A stretch of DNA of 64,000 nucleotides from Eledone cirrhosa (lineage: Eukaryota). The stretch lies in assembly GCA_964016885.1 (NCBI GenBank), contig OZ024740.1, positions 367,784,001 to 367,848,000 of the forward strand, read 5' to 3'. Positions within the stretch are counted from its first letter, which is position 1, and every line of letters begins with the position of its first letter. Of this stretch, positions 25,265 through 42,617 are shown piece after piece. The position numbers and the translations under genes were made by a program. The notes under the pieces were generated by a model. That model saw only the letters and a list, made by a program, of their open reading frames with translations. It was not told where the DNA came from and did no database searches.

Positions 25265-27164
25265 TATTTCGTTTCTGAATTTGTTCAGCAAGATTCTTTT
25301 TCTGAAAACGTGTGTTGAAACCGGTATTGTTATACTTTGGGAGGGTCATGTTGCCAATAAGAAACACGCGCACCAGTGCTTTCACTTCAATTTATTATAA
25401 ATTTCCGGTTGTTTGGTTGTTCATATATTGTCAAAGTTCTTTCGTCACACATTCTGTGACCTCTTCAATGACTGATGATTATTTTCTTTTTTGTGGCTCT
25501 CCTTTGTTCTGTCCTACGCCATCTTGTTTTTGTGTGTGATGTGTGCTTATTTTGCGCATGTGTTACATCCGGGTGAATATTTGTTTTTATTTGTTTATTT
25601 ATTTGTTTATTTACATTTACTATTTAGTTGTTTGTTCTATGTGTGTGTGTTTTTATTTTGTTATTAATTGTAAGTTGTGATGTTACTATTCCATTCATCT
25701 TTTCTATTTAATTTTGGTTCGACTTCATTTATGTTTATTGCCTTTGTGATTTGTCTAAACATTGGGGCTTTTCCGTGTGTAGATTATTTTTTTTATTTCT
25801 ATGTTCTCTAATTTGCCCTTATGTTCTATTTTAGCCTGTTGGTCGAGTACTGATGAGTATTTTCTACCTTGGAGTTCTCGCCAGTGATCATTTAATCGTT
25901 ATCCTATGCTACGAGCTGTCTCACCTATGTACATTACATTTTTATCTTCACATTGTCCCTCAGTACATCTCATGCTATATACTATGTTTCTAGTTTTACA
26001 GTTAACATGGGGGTTTAGTTTACAGATTATGCATTTATTATCTATACAGGGAGGTCTTTGAAAAGGGTATGTATTACTAATAAGTGTTTTTTATGGAGGT
26101 ATATGGTCTTTCCACTATCTTAATATTTAGTTTAAGTTTATCTAGGCCCTTCTAAATGTGTAAGCTAGTTCACCTCTAGGTGTTGTATTGATGAACATTA
26201 CACTCTGGTATTTATTGCTATCATACCATGAGTTTGTTTTATTAACCTTATTTCTAGTTCTCTCTATTCTATTCCAAAATGTGCTCCTATACAAGAGGCA
26301 GGTCCTATTTGTATCATTATTTACCATTTTTTCCCATTTGGTTCCGTTCCTCTATATACTTTGATTTTATCTTTTTGATTGTAACCAGAAAACAGCATAC
26401 GGTGGATGCAGTGTTGTATGTGTCTCTCTAGTTCTTTGGGGTAGCACATGCGGGCCACGTTCCTCATCACCGTTACCAAATCCGCAATCAGTATGTTGAT
26501 TTTCGTGTGACCCGAAACAGGTGAGTTTCGTTGGAACAGGTATTTGGAAGTCATGGGTTTGGCATAATGGGAATGGAGGATTTGTTTTTTGTTATTAATG
26601 GTTTCTAACCAGAGCTTTGTGTCTAGTACAGGTAATTGATGGTTGGGCTGTTTGCTTGGTTAGTCTATAGTAACTTTGATACTCTAGTGGATGGAGATAG
26701 CTATTTGCTGGATGCTTTCCATGGTGTTTTTCTCTATTTCCTGACTGTTCTCTAGTGAGGGTGTTTTTACTACGATGTTTATATCATCAAGGTAGCGGGA
26801 GTACATAATCAGGGTTAAGAGATTGTTGTCTTCTAATTGTTCTTTAAGTTGTGTGTCCCACCATACCGTAATTAGGTTAGCTATGTCACCTGCAATGCTA
26901 ACGCCAATGGCTGCTCCCTCCTCTTGGGCATATGTTCTTCCATTAAATTTGAACATATATTCCTTAAGGGTTAGTTTTATACTGGCCCCCACCGCATGTG
27001 CAATTATTTTCTTTAGTTCATCATGGTTTTCGGGGGTTCGCATTGCTCTTGTCCAACCGTTAGATCTTTCTGTGTGGGTTTTCTTGGCCATTGCAGTAAG
27101 GGTAGGTAGTCTGCCACTTGCTGGCCTTCTGGGGCATAGGTTGCTAAGGTCATACGTATCTAGG
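25265..27164 (-). mobile_element. Penelope-like element, 5'-truncated and degenerate (left arm of palindrome)
   Basis: RT motifs QEEGAAIGVSIAG and YSRYLDD, a GIY-YIG region (YIGETAR on the minus strand near 25920), and a pseudo-LTR with a hammerhead remnant at 25430-25472. Confidence 0.85.
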
Positions 27165-27182
27165 ATGTGTTTATACCTAACA

Positions 27183-29118
<1,936 letters not shown>

Positions 29119-30305
29119 CAAATTAACTCGAAAATAGAGTTTTGAGGCGCGAGTGAATTAGCATTCTTAGTGTAGAAAAGTGAATGAAAGTAGTTTTCTA
29201 GACTGGCATTTTAGATATTATATCTGAACTACAGCGTTTCCTCCTGCAGATCTGTTGATATGGCAAATAACACTGCCAAATACGAAATAGAATTACATCT
29301 GTAATCCAAATGTATTTCATTATATACTCTATATATTACTCTTAATGAAATAAAAGAGATTCCACTTGAATTGACTCATCTTCTCAAAGTGATCTCAATT
29401 CGTCTGAACTTTAATTCAGTACACAATGATATAAATGAGCAATATCTACAAATAGGACCACATGATGGATTAGCTGCCATATAAAAATACAAATGTATTC
29501 ATACATTTTAAAATTGAACATACATAATTAACTATTCACTATATATAGTATTGCAAGTATGATATACATTTTAATATACAAATATATAATAATCAGTGAA
29601 AACATTTTCATAAGGTTTTAAACAGCATTCATAAGAATTTTGTAATACGTTTTTCCGAAGCAGCAATTAATAAATCTCATTCCTGGGGTCTCTTAAGATT
29701 CGTAGAATGAAACGCCTTTTTACGAAGCATTAAGGGCCCCGGAAATGAAATTGTTATTTCATTTAACATTTTTCATATTGGCTCGTAGTAGCTTCATCAT
29801 ATTTTCGAGATATTTACACATAAAAGTTGAACCATACACAATTGATACACATAACACCTAAAACATTGTGACACGAAACATTACTGTTTTTGTAAGAATG
29901 TTCAGTGCAAGTGAAATATATTTCTCAAATATATTAAATTTCTCAAATATATGACAGATTTCTTCTGTCAACGGGTTATTAGTAATATTTACAAGTAGGT
30001 TTTGTGGCTTCGCTATCAATACAATTTATTCGAGCTCTCAATTTATTAAATGGTAAAATATTTCTCTGCTTAGAGTTTCTGTACATTAGTTTGTGTATAC
30101 TTTACAATTTAAATATAAAATTAGAAAGATTCCCACATTTTATATGAATTGCATTACATTTCATTTTTAGAGCTGATACTTACTCGATGTATATATATAT
30201 ATATGCATCCACCGACACACACACACACACATGCACACATACACACACACATATATATATGCGTGTGTGTGTATATATATATGTAGGATATTCATATCAA
30301 GCATA

Positions 30306-30361
<56 letters not shown>

Positions 30362-30789
30362 GTGTGTAACAACAGTTACCGGCGACACGCCATTCGGAGC
30401 ACTCGATGATGTTAGGAGGTCCGTTTTGTTTGGCTTTTATTCCAGTGTTCCGACTGTAGTATGCAGAGTGTAGATAGATGAGTCTATGTACATATAAGTT
30501 CGCATATCTGATGAGATGTCGAATAAGAGTCGGGTCCCGTCACCTTGATTGTATCCTGAACTGATCGGTATCAAAACAATTGTAATATGCAAATAAAGTT
30601 GGTACATCAGCTGCAACACTTACTTCGATTCTTTTAACTCTATCTCTCTCCTCTCACTCTTTCTTTCTCTTTCTCTCTCTCTATCTACATCTGTGCATAT
30701 ATATGTATATGCAGATATATATAAACACAGAACCCACATCTATCCCCCACACTCTCTCTTCATATATATATATATATATACACATATGC

Positions 30790-30851
<62 letters not shown>

Positions 30852-30924
30852 AGATATTCGTGTCAAACATTAACGTATATATCTATATCTATATCTATCT
30901 ATCTATATATATATATATATATAA

Positions 30925-31493
<569 letters not shown>

Positions 31494-31745
31494 AGAGTAT
31501 TGAAGTTTGTTGAAGCATTGTGGAATAATAATAATTGGTTTTTGGTCGTTTTGGAAGCCTCAACAATGCAGATGTGTAAATCCCCGGGTAACAGAATCCG
31601 GTGGTGAAAAGATGTAATGGAATGAGAGAAGTAATGGAATGTAGAATGAGATGTATAGTGTGTAGAGGAACGTAGGAAACAGCGTAAAAAATAAAAATAA
31701 TAACACGCGAATATATATGCATATATATGCATATATATATACATA

Positions 31746-31809
<64 letters not shown>

Positions 31810-32139
31810 TGTATAAATATATATATATATATACACACACATGCATATATGTATATATATTTATAAAGAGAGAGTGTGTGAGGGAGAGATGTGGTGTCTG
31901 TGTGTATATTTATATATTCTATAGGGTTTAAGCAAAGTATAGAGGCATTATCTTTGTAAATATAAATATGGTGCATGCGTAAAGTGTTAGTAATATATAA
32001 TTTCAATTTTGCAATTGGGTTACGAATAATTTGAATTATTGAAGAAATAAAGCACACTAAATTCTTTTTTTATTCCATCGTAACCCTTTACAACAGTCTA
32101 TTCATATGGTTTCTAAACTCCGCAGCATTTTATGTGAAA

Positions 32140-32600
32140 TCGTGAAATAATTGCCAAGGTGTGCGTTCTTGTTTCGTAAAAACTAAACAGGTTTATTACC
32201 CCGTTCCACAGATTGATGGACAGATTTTTGTTGCCCTGTACATTTATAATGCGCGAGTAATTGTTATTGGATGAGTGGTGTTAACACAAATCATTTCAGT
32301 GTAGGTGCCGGATTCCACAAACGGTGCGTACTATTACCCCTCCTGTTATTAATCTTCAGGTACAGGATTGATATGCGCAGTGGAGTTGGAAGTGGTATCG
32401 TGTCTGGCGAGTATAGAATCAGATGGCAGGAATTTGCACACTATAGATACTCCTCAAAAGGTGTCCTTCGACATGAACTTGGTAGGTTTACTATCAAGTG
32501 CTGCATGGCAGGAATGAAAATATTTGCTTTGAAGACTGAGGCACACTCCCTTCTCCAGCTTCTGCATTCAGTCATCAGAGAAAAGGCGTAGCGCTAAGAT
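32140..32600 (+). mobile_element. Degenerate RTE-clade RT fragment
   Basis: GAGFHKRCVLLPLLLLIFRYRI resembles a decayed GLRQGCVLSPLLFIIFMDRI, and GMKIFALKTE resembles GMRISTSKSE. Confidence 0.55.
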
Positions 32601-32845
32601 GAGGGCTCTAGAATTCATTTTCATGTGCATATGGTGTTGAGTTCATGCCTTGTCTTAGCGTGTATAGTTTAAGTTGAAATAATTATATGATTCAATGCCT
32701 TTGCAAAGTGGATTGTCTGCCTCTTTATCTTATATATATATATATATATAGAATAATTGAATATGAAAGAAAGATAAACACAAATATAAACATAAATGTG
32801 CTCAAATCCTAAGGGACCAGGTCTGCTAGGGTGAAAGATATCCTA

Positions 32846-32913
<68 letters not shown>

Positions 32914-33213
32914 GGTACAGAGCGAAATACCTGTTGATAACGTGATATTCCTTGTTCGATCATTATACTCAAAGCTTATATTTTTAAGCAGACTGTATTT
33001 TGATTTAGGTGTCACAGAAACTCTACATCGGATTTTAACAGCAATTCCGGCAGTCCAGGTCTGGTTATCATTTATTTGTTATCATTTATTTTGTTTTGAC
33101 CTGTTTAGCTCTGGTTTTTAACTATTGGGCACTTTGCCAGAATCATTTCTGACTTTTGCGTTTCGCTTCGCTTTTCCTGCCCGCCGAAATGCGAATCTCG
33201 CTGAATCTTTATT

Positions 33214-33288
<75 letters not shown>

Positions 33289-33300
33289 TTAATATAGATG

Positions 33301-33350
33301 AGATTCTACAGGACTAGAACTGTTTCATTCATTAGAAATCATCAGGAATC
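33301..33350 (-). ncRNA. Type I hammerhead motif (family A), copy 2
   Basis: Near-identical to 9984-10034, differing in the stem II loop and at the end of stem I. It abuts a (TA)n array. Confidence 0.7.
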
Positions 33351-36300
33351 AGTATATATGTATATAATATGCTTTCAGTATATATGTATATAATATGCTT
33401 TCCTTTTGTCTATCAAAATAGATGAAATGAAAGCACTCTGAAACGGTGAGGTACTGTTGGTTCATAAGCAAATGTTTATTTATAAATGATACCACCAGTT
33501 TCAATCGTATCCGCTATTCTATTATCTTACACATATATACATCAATGGCATATACGGAATTAGTGTTTCTACAATTAATGTAATTATAACGTATTCTACT
33601 TCGAATTCAGTCAACTACTGCTTCCATATCCAGGAATGAGCTATATGTTGTAACAGGAAATTTAAGTAATGGAAATGTAGTGTAGGTATACATATTTCAA
33701 AATTGTCTTTAATTGTCAAAACATATAATCGCATATGCACTAACTACATTGGGTATTTAACTAATTTACGAAGAAAAACTTCGACAATGTATCCTGGATA
33801 CGCTATGTCTGAAAAAAGTCAAAATGGCATAATTGGCATGCTTTTGATTATACGGCTACCTGAACAGAGTTTGCAAAGAATAAAAAAAAGTTGACAGATA
33901 AATATTGTGCGACTAGTTGCGCATATAAGAACAGTATTCAACCAATAGTGAGCGCTTGAAATATATTCGGCTTGGATAATTTAGTATACTTTAGGAAACC
34001 TGAAATAAACATTGCAATAAGTAATATACACATGTTAAATTTTCTTTTGTATAAATACGCTTGTTTTTCTTTATTATTATAATAAAAAAACAAAGAAGCA
34101 AACTTAAATTGTGGCAACTGGATTATGTCGTATGTAATTCTACATATATTCATATTCTGTCTTTTTTTATACATTCAGATAACCGGAAGATTTCCTTTTT
34201 AAAATAAAATATGTAGAATTAATATAAGTAACACACATCTTGATTTTCTTTAAATATTCATGAATATTTCAAAGATATCATTGGTTTTTGTTTCCCTCAA
34301 ATAACTTCAAATTCATTTTAACAATAATTTACTTAATTTTCAATATATATATATATATTAACATATTTTTCTGCACTGGCTTAACAATAAATTCGTATGA
34401 AACATTTGATAGACACTTAAACCGAGCATTTAAAACTTAACCATGCTTAAGCGTTAAATCTTAAAACGAAACTAAAAAGGGGAAACGATAAAAAAATATT
34501 CCTTTAAAAATAAAATAAAAATTAAAGTTTGAAACAGCGGTGATAATGTCAGAGCAAATAGTTCAATGATGACAATACCTTTATGAAAAATATCAAGAAT
34601 ATAGGCGATAAGGTATCGGATATTTTGACTAGAAGCACATGCACAAGGTTTGAAATACAGGAAAACTGAACTAAAAATATGTACTTAGAAAGAAGCAGCT
34701 AGGAAAAGATAAATAAAAATTAAATTGGGAAAACAATTATATTCATAAATAAGACCAGTGAGGAAATGCTATGCTGTGGTGTCATATTTTAGAAATAATA
34801 TTCAAATAAAAATTATCTATAATTTTCTAAAAGTCTCTTCATAAAATCGTAGCTGGCTGCAATCGAAAAATAAAATTTGAAGGATCCGACATTTTCCTGC
34901 ACCCGTCGTTTTTAAATTGATATTAACAAAGAATATTTCATAATTCCTTTAGTTCAATATATTTAAAAAAAATACCAGTATATATACATTAATGCAATAT
35001 TTAATGTATTGATTTTCTGGTGTTGTAAATATTTTCCCTTAATTAAGAGTTATTTATTGGAACATGAAAATGTTAACATTTCACATCGGCAATATAAGAT
35101 GATGAAAATATGAAGAATGCGGCCAACAAGAACATTTCCTGCTGAGTGAGATCTGATTTCTTTTTGCAGACAACAACACGTTATTTGACTTGTTTTAAAA
35201 CATCACCATCATATGAACTTTTTTATGAGCAGCGAAGCACTTTCTCGAAAACCAAACATTTTTAACATCAACTATAAATCCATATGGTATCCTTGTGCGA
35301 TTATTATTACGGTCATATTGTTTATTGTAAAATTATTCATCCACATTAGGATAGTTTCTTTCTGAAGTGATATGCAGCGCATTACAAAATGGATTGGAAG
35401 GGTGGTGTTTAAGAGAAATGGAGTGAATAACCCATCTTTCTTATACTTCATTTCCTTACCCATTGCATGGGTTTTTGTTTCACATGTTATCTTTTGTAAA
35501 TATTTATCTCCACAGATGCGTACATGGTGACGATAAAATCCAAATCAACTGGTAGGAATGGTGTGGCATTTGTGTTAAACACTTCAAGCAGATTATCAAA
35601 GTAGTTTTAAATTCCAATTCAAACTCTGACCAGTTGTTTATTTGTTTTATTTGTATATGACATGTATGTACTAAGCCGCAGCAGAACTTGCATCAATCTC
35701 TCTCTGCAGAAGGGAGCAATTGTATTGCTGTTAAAATATTGAAGAATCTGCATTATATTTATTTTGTTCGTTATTGAAATAATCATTCGGTCTTGGGTAT
35801 TTTACTTCAATGTAATGGCAAATCAATTTAAAACAAGCATGACAAGTTGCTTCATTGTCATAAAGTCAGAATATTTGCTTTCTAGCTTAGGCTACATATA
35901 TGACAATTTCAACATTTGACACCAAGTCTTTGAAACAACACATGTTCTACTGTTTATATTTTCATTTCAAATTGAGTACAATACAACTAATTCTAAATTT
36001 TCTATGTTATTTTACAATTCATCTCTTGCTTTTGTGCATTGCTTTATTCTTTCGATATTTAAATTGTTATCGTTCATACAGAAGCTACAAATGATCGCTC
36101 GTTCGGTAGAAAAAAGAGCAAAATTGGTGGTAAGAAAAACATTAAAAAAATATTTCTTTTGTTATTAGTATTAATGTCCTTTCGTTAATAAGGGTGTTAA
36201 GAATATAATTTAAAGTGACAATAATATATCTATGGCTAACACAAAACTATGAAAATTAAAATTCATTAACGCGTAGCACAGGAAAATAGTACTGGTTAAT

Positions 36301-39300
36301 TAATTTCTAAAAGAACTAGAATTCTTGGTTACAGGTTTTATGGGATTTTGACATGTATGAAATTTTGAATTATTTTAAACGTGTACAATATCTACAATTT
36401 GGTGGGGAAATTGATGTATAGACAGTTATAACAATAGGTGGTAAACATTTTTTTTTTCAAAATAATAGACTTAAGATATTTTACAATTTCAGTTGAGATT
36501 ATCAAAGAATCAATACATTCAAGTAGCTTTAGACCAGTTCGTCCAATTTAATTAGTCTTTACTACGGCTGTAAATGAACTGTAATGCAAAAATAATACAT
36601 TATACTAGTGACATTTTATACCATTCTATAATGTGGTTTATATTGAAAACCTATGACAATAAATAAGTAATATCAACATATTAACAACGTTACACATTTT
36701 ATCAGGTTTTATTTCATATATCGTTCTATCATATCATGGGTATCGCTGTGCTTTTCATACATTCAATTCTGATTTCGATAATTAGAGTGATGTGTACACA
36801 TTAAAACCTGCTTAAAATATCGACAATTTCACCTAACACTTAAAGTCTTCTATAACTTTACGACTTACAGCATCATAAATTTGTTTTAACTACCAAATTA
36901 CTATGGCGCAATCTGATAACTTTCAACCTAAATAACATTCTTTAATATTTAATTATTATAGTGATTCGCTATCCGTCTCACATCTAAACACACGCATAAT
37001 GTTTTCGCAGCTCTTCGTTTGATTGTTTCAGGATAAACTACGTACATTATTTGATGCATCTCCCATTCCTGTAATCTATATAGCAGAGAAGCAGAGAAGC
37101 CATTTACATTTTCGTTGTATTCAAATGATGTTTCTCATATGTAACTCCTATATTTACCGATTGTTTCTCTCTTTAGGGTGTTTTGCTGTAACCTATGGAA
37201 AATGTAACAGTGAATGCATTTCTGACTATACAAAACACTGCTTACTCTATCTCACTCTAGCCACTCAAAGGTTGCAAAACTAATAGTAGAAGTACTGACG
37301 TTTCAAAAGGTATTGACTCTCTCACGTTTAGAGTAATAATCATTACGATATAATTGGAACCATATTTACCAAGAATATATCCGTGTGTTTGTTGCAGCTG
37401 TGATTAGAACAATTGCAAATGTATTTCCCTTAGTAACAACAAAATATTCAAACTTGCCTGACATGAGGATCTCATCATTAAATGATTTCGATAAGTGTCA
37501 CTAAATCTAAGATGCTTGTTAGAAACTATTTCAATTATACTATAGCTTGAATTATTTCACGTCGAGCTGTGTCTAAGTTAAATTACTGTAATTACGGACT
37601 TTATTCTGTACATGAATAGATTATTCGGTGTTACTTCTAATCGGCTTCACTACCAAACACATATTACTCATCTTCACTACTGAGAAATCGTCTGGGCGCA
37701 GACATGCAGAACTTCCTAGAAATTAGGGATTAATAGTATCCACTAATGTGTCAAAGATACATTTCTTTTATAATTGGCAAATGATATAATTAATACACAT
37801 AACAAATCACAGTATCGTAATAAACTCTATTTACGCATTAATTATGTACATCTAAAAGATTCACATTCACTGCAAATGGATTGTTTCCAAATTCCATTAA
37901 AAACATATTCATACACTTCGGAACACAAAACATCACTCCTATTTCGTCGTGGATATTCTACGAAATTCAAGAAACATCCACATTAGATTAATGCTTACAT
38001 ATCGGTGAAGCGTATAAAATTGTAATTACATGCAAAACAGACGACAGATGAAAACACATGCCATCTGTAGAATTGACAAACATACTTACAAATCGCCACA
38101 ATCGCTTAAACACTTTCCCAAATCTTTCTATATTTTAAAACTTTTTTACTCGCAAGTTTCCCACTATATCCCGTCATCGCTTTTCAGTCAAACCCCCAAA
38201 ACTTGCGCTTTGCTCAAGAGCTCCAGACACACACGATACAATATTTTCAAATGTCATCGCACACTAGAAGTACTTACGTATAATATGCTTACCACTCTAA
38301 TATGCGTCTATTAATATAGTAGAATATAAGAATGACCAACCGCAAGTATCAAAAGTACTTTGACAAAATGTTGTGAATTAAAAATTATAAATGATATTAC
38401 CGAATAATATGTCATTAATGATATTATTAATCAAGTGCAAATCGAATATCAGATTATATACTTTTCATAGTATTTTACGATTAGATACAGAATATTTGAT
38501 TTTAGTCATTCGTTAATGATTATATTTAGGTCACCAAAATTTACTTATTTATTACCGTATTATAAATAATTAACAGTATACCTTCAAATATAAATGAATC
38601 ATTTTGATTATCAATGTACATTCGTGTGCAAGCACTTTACAAATCCATACATTTTGAAATGGATTATGATAAAACGATCTGAACAGTACAGTACAGCAAG
38701 TGGCAAATCCTATATGGGACGAAATAAATTGCCACTTATCTGAATGCAGACAGCATTTCCAATAAGAAACCTTGTCATGGTTAATAAAAATGGTTTGTAA
38801 ATGACGTGAATCCATCATTTGTATTTAAATAATTTCTTAGAGAGTAATGCATTCTGCTTACGGACAAATTCCCACGTTATGTCACTTTAATCAAACAAAT
38901 GTATATAGCTTTCCATAAGTATATAGCTTTCCATATGTATATAGCTTTCCATATGCCAGCAGGAGCTGGACTTTCATAGCCTCACATTCAATTATTTATA
39001 AATGCTAATAAAAATAGAATCAATTATTCTGAGTTAAACTGTTACAATAAAAGACTGCCCAATCTTTTCTTCATAAGGGTTCCCAAATCTCACATGTTAT
39101 CATGAAACATCTTGAAGCCAAAACAGATTTTCGTTTTAACTATCGTAGATGCTACATACGTAATTTCTTATATAATAATCAAACAAAATGAGCAAAAGGA
39201 ACAATATTCTCATTTCTACAGACTTCAACACGTAGTAAACCAATATTTAATTAAACATTACAACATGGCCTCATTATAACTACGAATACATAATTTAACG

Positions 39301-39393
39301 TTGATCTTATATTTACTACTGTCTCGTTAAGAAATTTGGCTAAGTGAATATTATCAGCACATAAAATCTGAATATTTGCCATTATAATACTAA

Positions 39394-39440
<47 letters not shown>

Positions 39441-39443
<3 letters not shown>

Positions 39444-39808
39444 AACGTTTGTATATGTATAATAAATCAAAACAATTCAGGTATGGACATAGAATAAAGA
39501 ATGCAAATGCAAAAGATATTGTTGACAATTAGTCTTTTACCTTAGATTTATTTAAATGTCCTTAATTTTCGAGATAATATCTCTTCTTCGGAGGGAAGTA
39601 AAGCGGTTAAACCAGTGTTCTAAACTAAAACACTGGTTTAACCGCTTTACTTCCCCCCGAAGAAGAGATATTATCTCGAAAATTAAGGACATTTAAATAA
39701 ATCTAAGGTAAAAGACTAATTATCAACAATATCTTTTGCATTTGCATTCCTTATTCTATGTCCATACCTGCATTGTTTTGGCTTTATTATACATATACAA
39801 ACGTTTAT
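39441..39808. repeat. Near-perfect 368-bp palindrome
   Basis: Arms of about 180 bp with few mismatches, centre near 39624. Each arm carries a hammerhead-like CCGAAGA-a-gagat..atctc-GAAA. Confidence 0.9.
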
Positions 39809-39863
39809 ACCTCATTACACAATGCTTCAAGTGAACTATAACTTCCTCCATATATATATATAT

Positions 39864-40052
39864 ATCGGAAAATGTTTAACCCCGACGGCAGAGCTCATAC
39901 CGTTTTGACGGCTATTTCCAGAAATAGCCGTCGAAACGGCTTGAGCTCTGCCGTCGGGGTTAAACATTTTCCGATTACCCACTCTACTACCCTAAGTATT
40001 GAGTACTCTAGTGCGTTATGGTCCATCTACTTCCTTACCACACCTCCTTCGT
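39864..40052 (+). mobile_element. Short palindromic repeat family (112-bp hairpin plus tail); other copies at 56938-56998, 58301-58465, 61545-61740 and 63640-63703
   Basis: atcggaaaatgtttaaccccgacggcag...ctgccgtcggggttaaacattttccgat followed by a shared tail (..aagtat[tc]gagtactct..gtgcgtta). All copies lie next to TA runs. Confidence 0.8.
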
Positions 40053-40084
<32 letters not shown>

Positions 40085-40588
40085 TATATATATATGCACT
40101 ATGTCTTTTTTGGTGCCGTTACATTAGATTAGATAGCTTCAACTTTTCATAATATACGAGTAGAATATTATTTGAAAGTTGATGTATTTCCCTTTAAAAT
40201 ATGTTGGAAGGAATACACCAATCATATAATTTTGCAAAATTGAAACTATCGTACAGACATATCGTAAAAGCAAATTCAGACGGCTGGTGAATCCTTACCT
40301 ACAATCATTTCCACATCATTTATTGGGCTTTATTTGAACAATGGTCCACTGGTTCTAAGTATCAAATCTAGCAACAGGATGTACATGTATAAGTATATAT
40401 ATATATAGAGATATATATATATATATATGTCCCAGGGCTCTGATACCATCAACACTTTACACACAGAGCTGGCATATCTAAGAACTGACTAACTGCCTGA
40501 TGTGGTCATAGCCATTCAAGGGTTATCATCTAAATATATATAGCAGTAAATAGAGGATTATGAGTTCATGCAATTGACTTATGTTTCG

Positions 40589-40646
<58 letters not shown>

Positions 40647-40655
40647 GTATGTATG

Positions 40656-40803
<148 letters not shown>

Positions 40804-40805
40804 TG

Positions 40806-41324
40806 TATGTTTGTTTTCGTTTTGCGAGGTTTTTGATATGAGATCGTGTGTCGAAACATTGTTATACTTGGGGAGGGTTATATTGTCGTAATAATATTGC
40901 CAGAATTAATAACAGAACACACTCACTGTTTGGTTGGTTTTCGCGTCTGTGTCTTTTATATCGGTTAATTTAATCTATTCGGTGCTCAATGTTTTCCATT
41001 GACTGACAAACAGTCAAAAATACAGATGTAATATAGATATAAACACATATATATATAGTCTAACAAAGTTCTTTCGTTGCACATCTCCAACATCGTCAGT
41101 AGTGCTATTATGTTCCTTCTGTTGTATTGTATTTGTTAGACTATATATATGTGTTTATATCTATATTATATCTGTATGTTTGACCGTTAGTCAGTCAATG
41201 GTTAACATTGAGGACCGAATGAATTAACTGATATAAAAGATACAGAAGCGAAAACCAACCAAACAGTGAGTGTGTTAATTCTGGCAATATTATTACAACA
41301 ATATGACCATCCCCAAGTATAACA
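40806..41324. mobile_element. Fold-back Penelope pseudo-LTR related to 25265-25480
   Basis: 40860-41067 is inverted at 41132-41324. A hammerhead remnant (CUGACGA..GAAA, minus strand) lies in the spacer at 41063-41102. The terminus tgttatactt.gggagggt is shared with the large Penelope element. Confidence 0.75.
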
Positions 41325-41366
41325 ATATATATATGTATACACACATATATATATATTTATATACAA

Positions 41367-41430
<64 letters not shown>

Positions 41431-41437
41431 ATATATA

Positions 41438-41491
<54 letters not shown>

Positions 41492-42089
41492 CATTTATAA
41501 AACTCCGCTATCTTATTCGACGGTCACTAACCTTTTCGCATAACCTCCTCCTATTTTTTACAATACTGTGATAAACTAAATTTTATTCTTCAAAAGAAAT
41601 AGTTATAGAAACGGAACGTAGTTTAATGCGAAACTTATTAATGACAAGTATCCAAATGCACGAAATATTTTAGTACTTTATGAAAAATATTTTTGATAAA
41701 TTCTACTTTCTTGCATTTTTCTCATTTTCCAGCGTTTCCTTCTTCTGAGCAACTAAATTTCGATGATAACGAAAAAATGCGGGAAAATTAGAAATTGTAA
41801 AAGTATTAATTTCTATTATGTTTTGTTTTTCTTCATTTTTAATAAAAAATACTTATATGCAATAATTGCAACAAATTGTTGTTCCGATTGTATATATTCA
41901 TAGGTCCTTACTGAATGTATTCATATGTATTTTGTTGTTTTAACATGAATAATTGTCGCCAGTTAAAAGAAAAAAGAAGAAGCACCGTTTTAATTAGCAT
42001 GCCAAATCAATGATGCTATATTTGCTCAGCAGGTTACCTGACGATGGAAGAGAATATAATTTGTTGTTGGTTATAACATGAATGTTAAA

Positions 42090-42157
<68 letters not shown>

Positions 42158-42504
42158 CATACATTCCTATATATATACACACACACTTACATACATTCAT
42201 ATATATATACATGATATTCATATTAAAAGTGTCACTTAGCTCCGCATTGGCATCGATTTCTTGATGAGGGCATGATATTTTATTACATGCATCAGATGAC
42301 AAATCTGTCGACAATGCGGAGATAAGTGAAGCCTTTATATAGATATTCTAATGTTTCTCATTATTTGTTGATTGCAATTTTATTTCATTTGTACCCAGAC
42401 CTATATATATGTATATGTTATATGTGTATATGTTTAACTCACAGTTGGGTGCGGATGCATTCATGTATATATGTGTGTGTCCGCATGTATCTGTGTGTTT
42501 CTAA

Positions 42505-42537
<33 letters not shown>

Positions 42538-42617
42538 TATGTGTGTGGGGGGTGTATTTGTGTGTGTGGTGTGTATGTGCATCATATATATAGTATATAT
42601 GTGTGTGAGAGCTGGAA

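Noticed and set aside
30500-30540. CTGATGA-gatgtc-GAAT hammerhead-like string
   Set aside because: No GAAA, and stems I and III do not pair.
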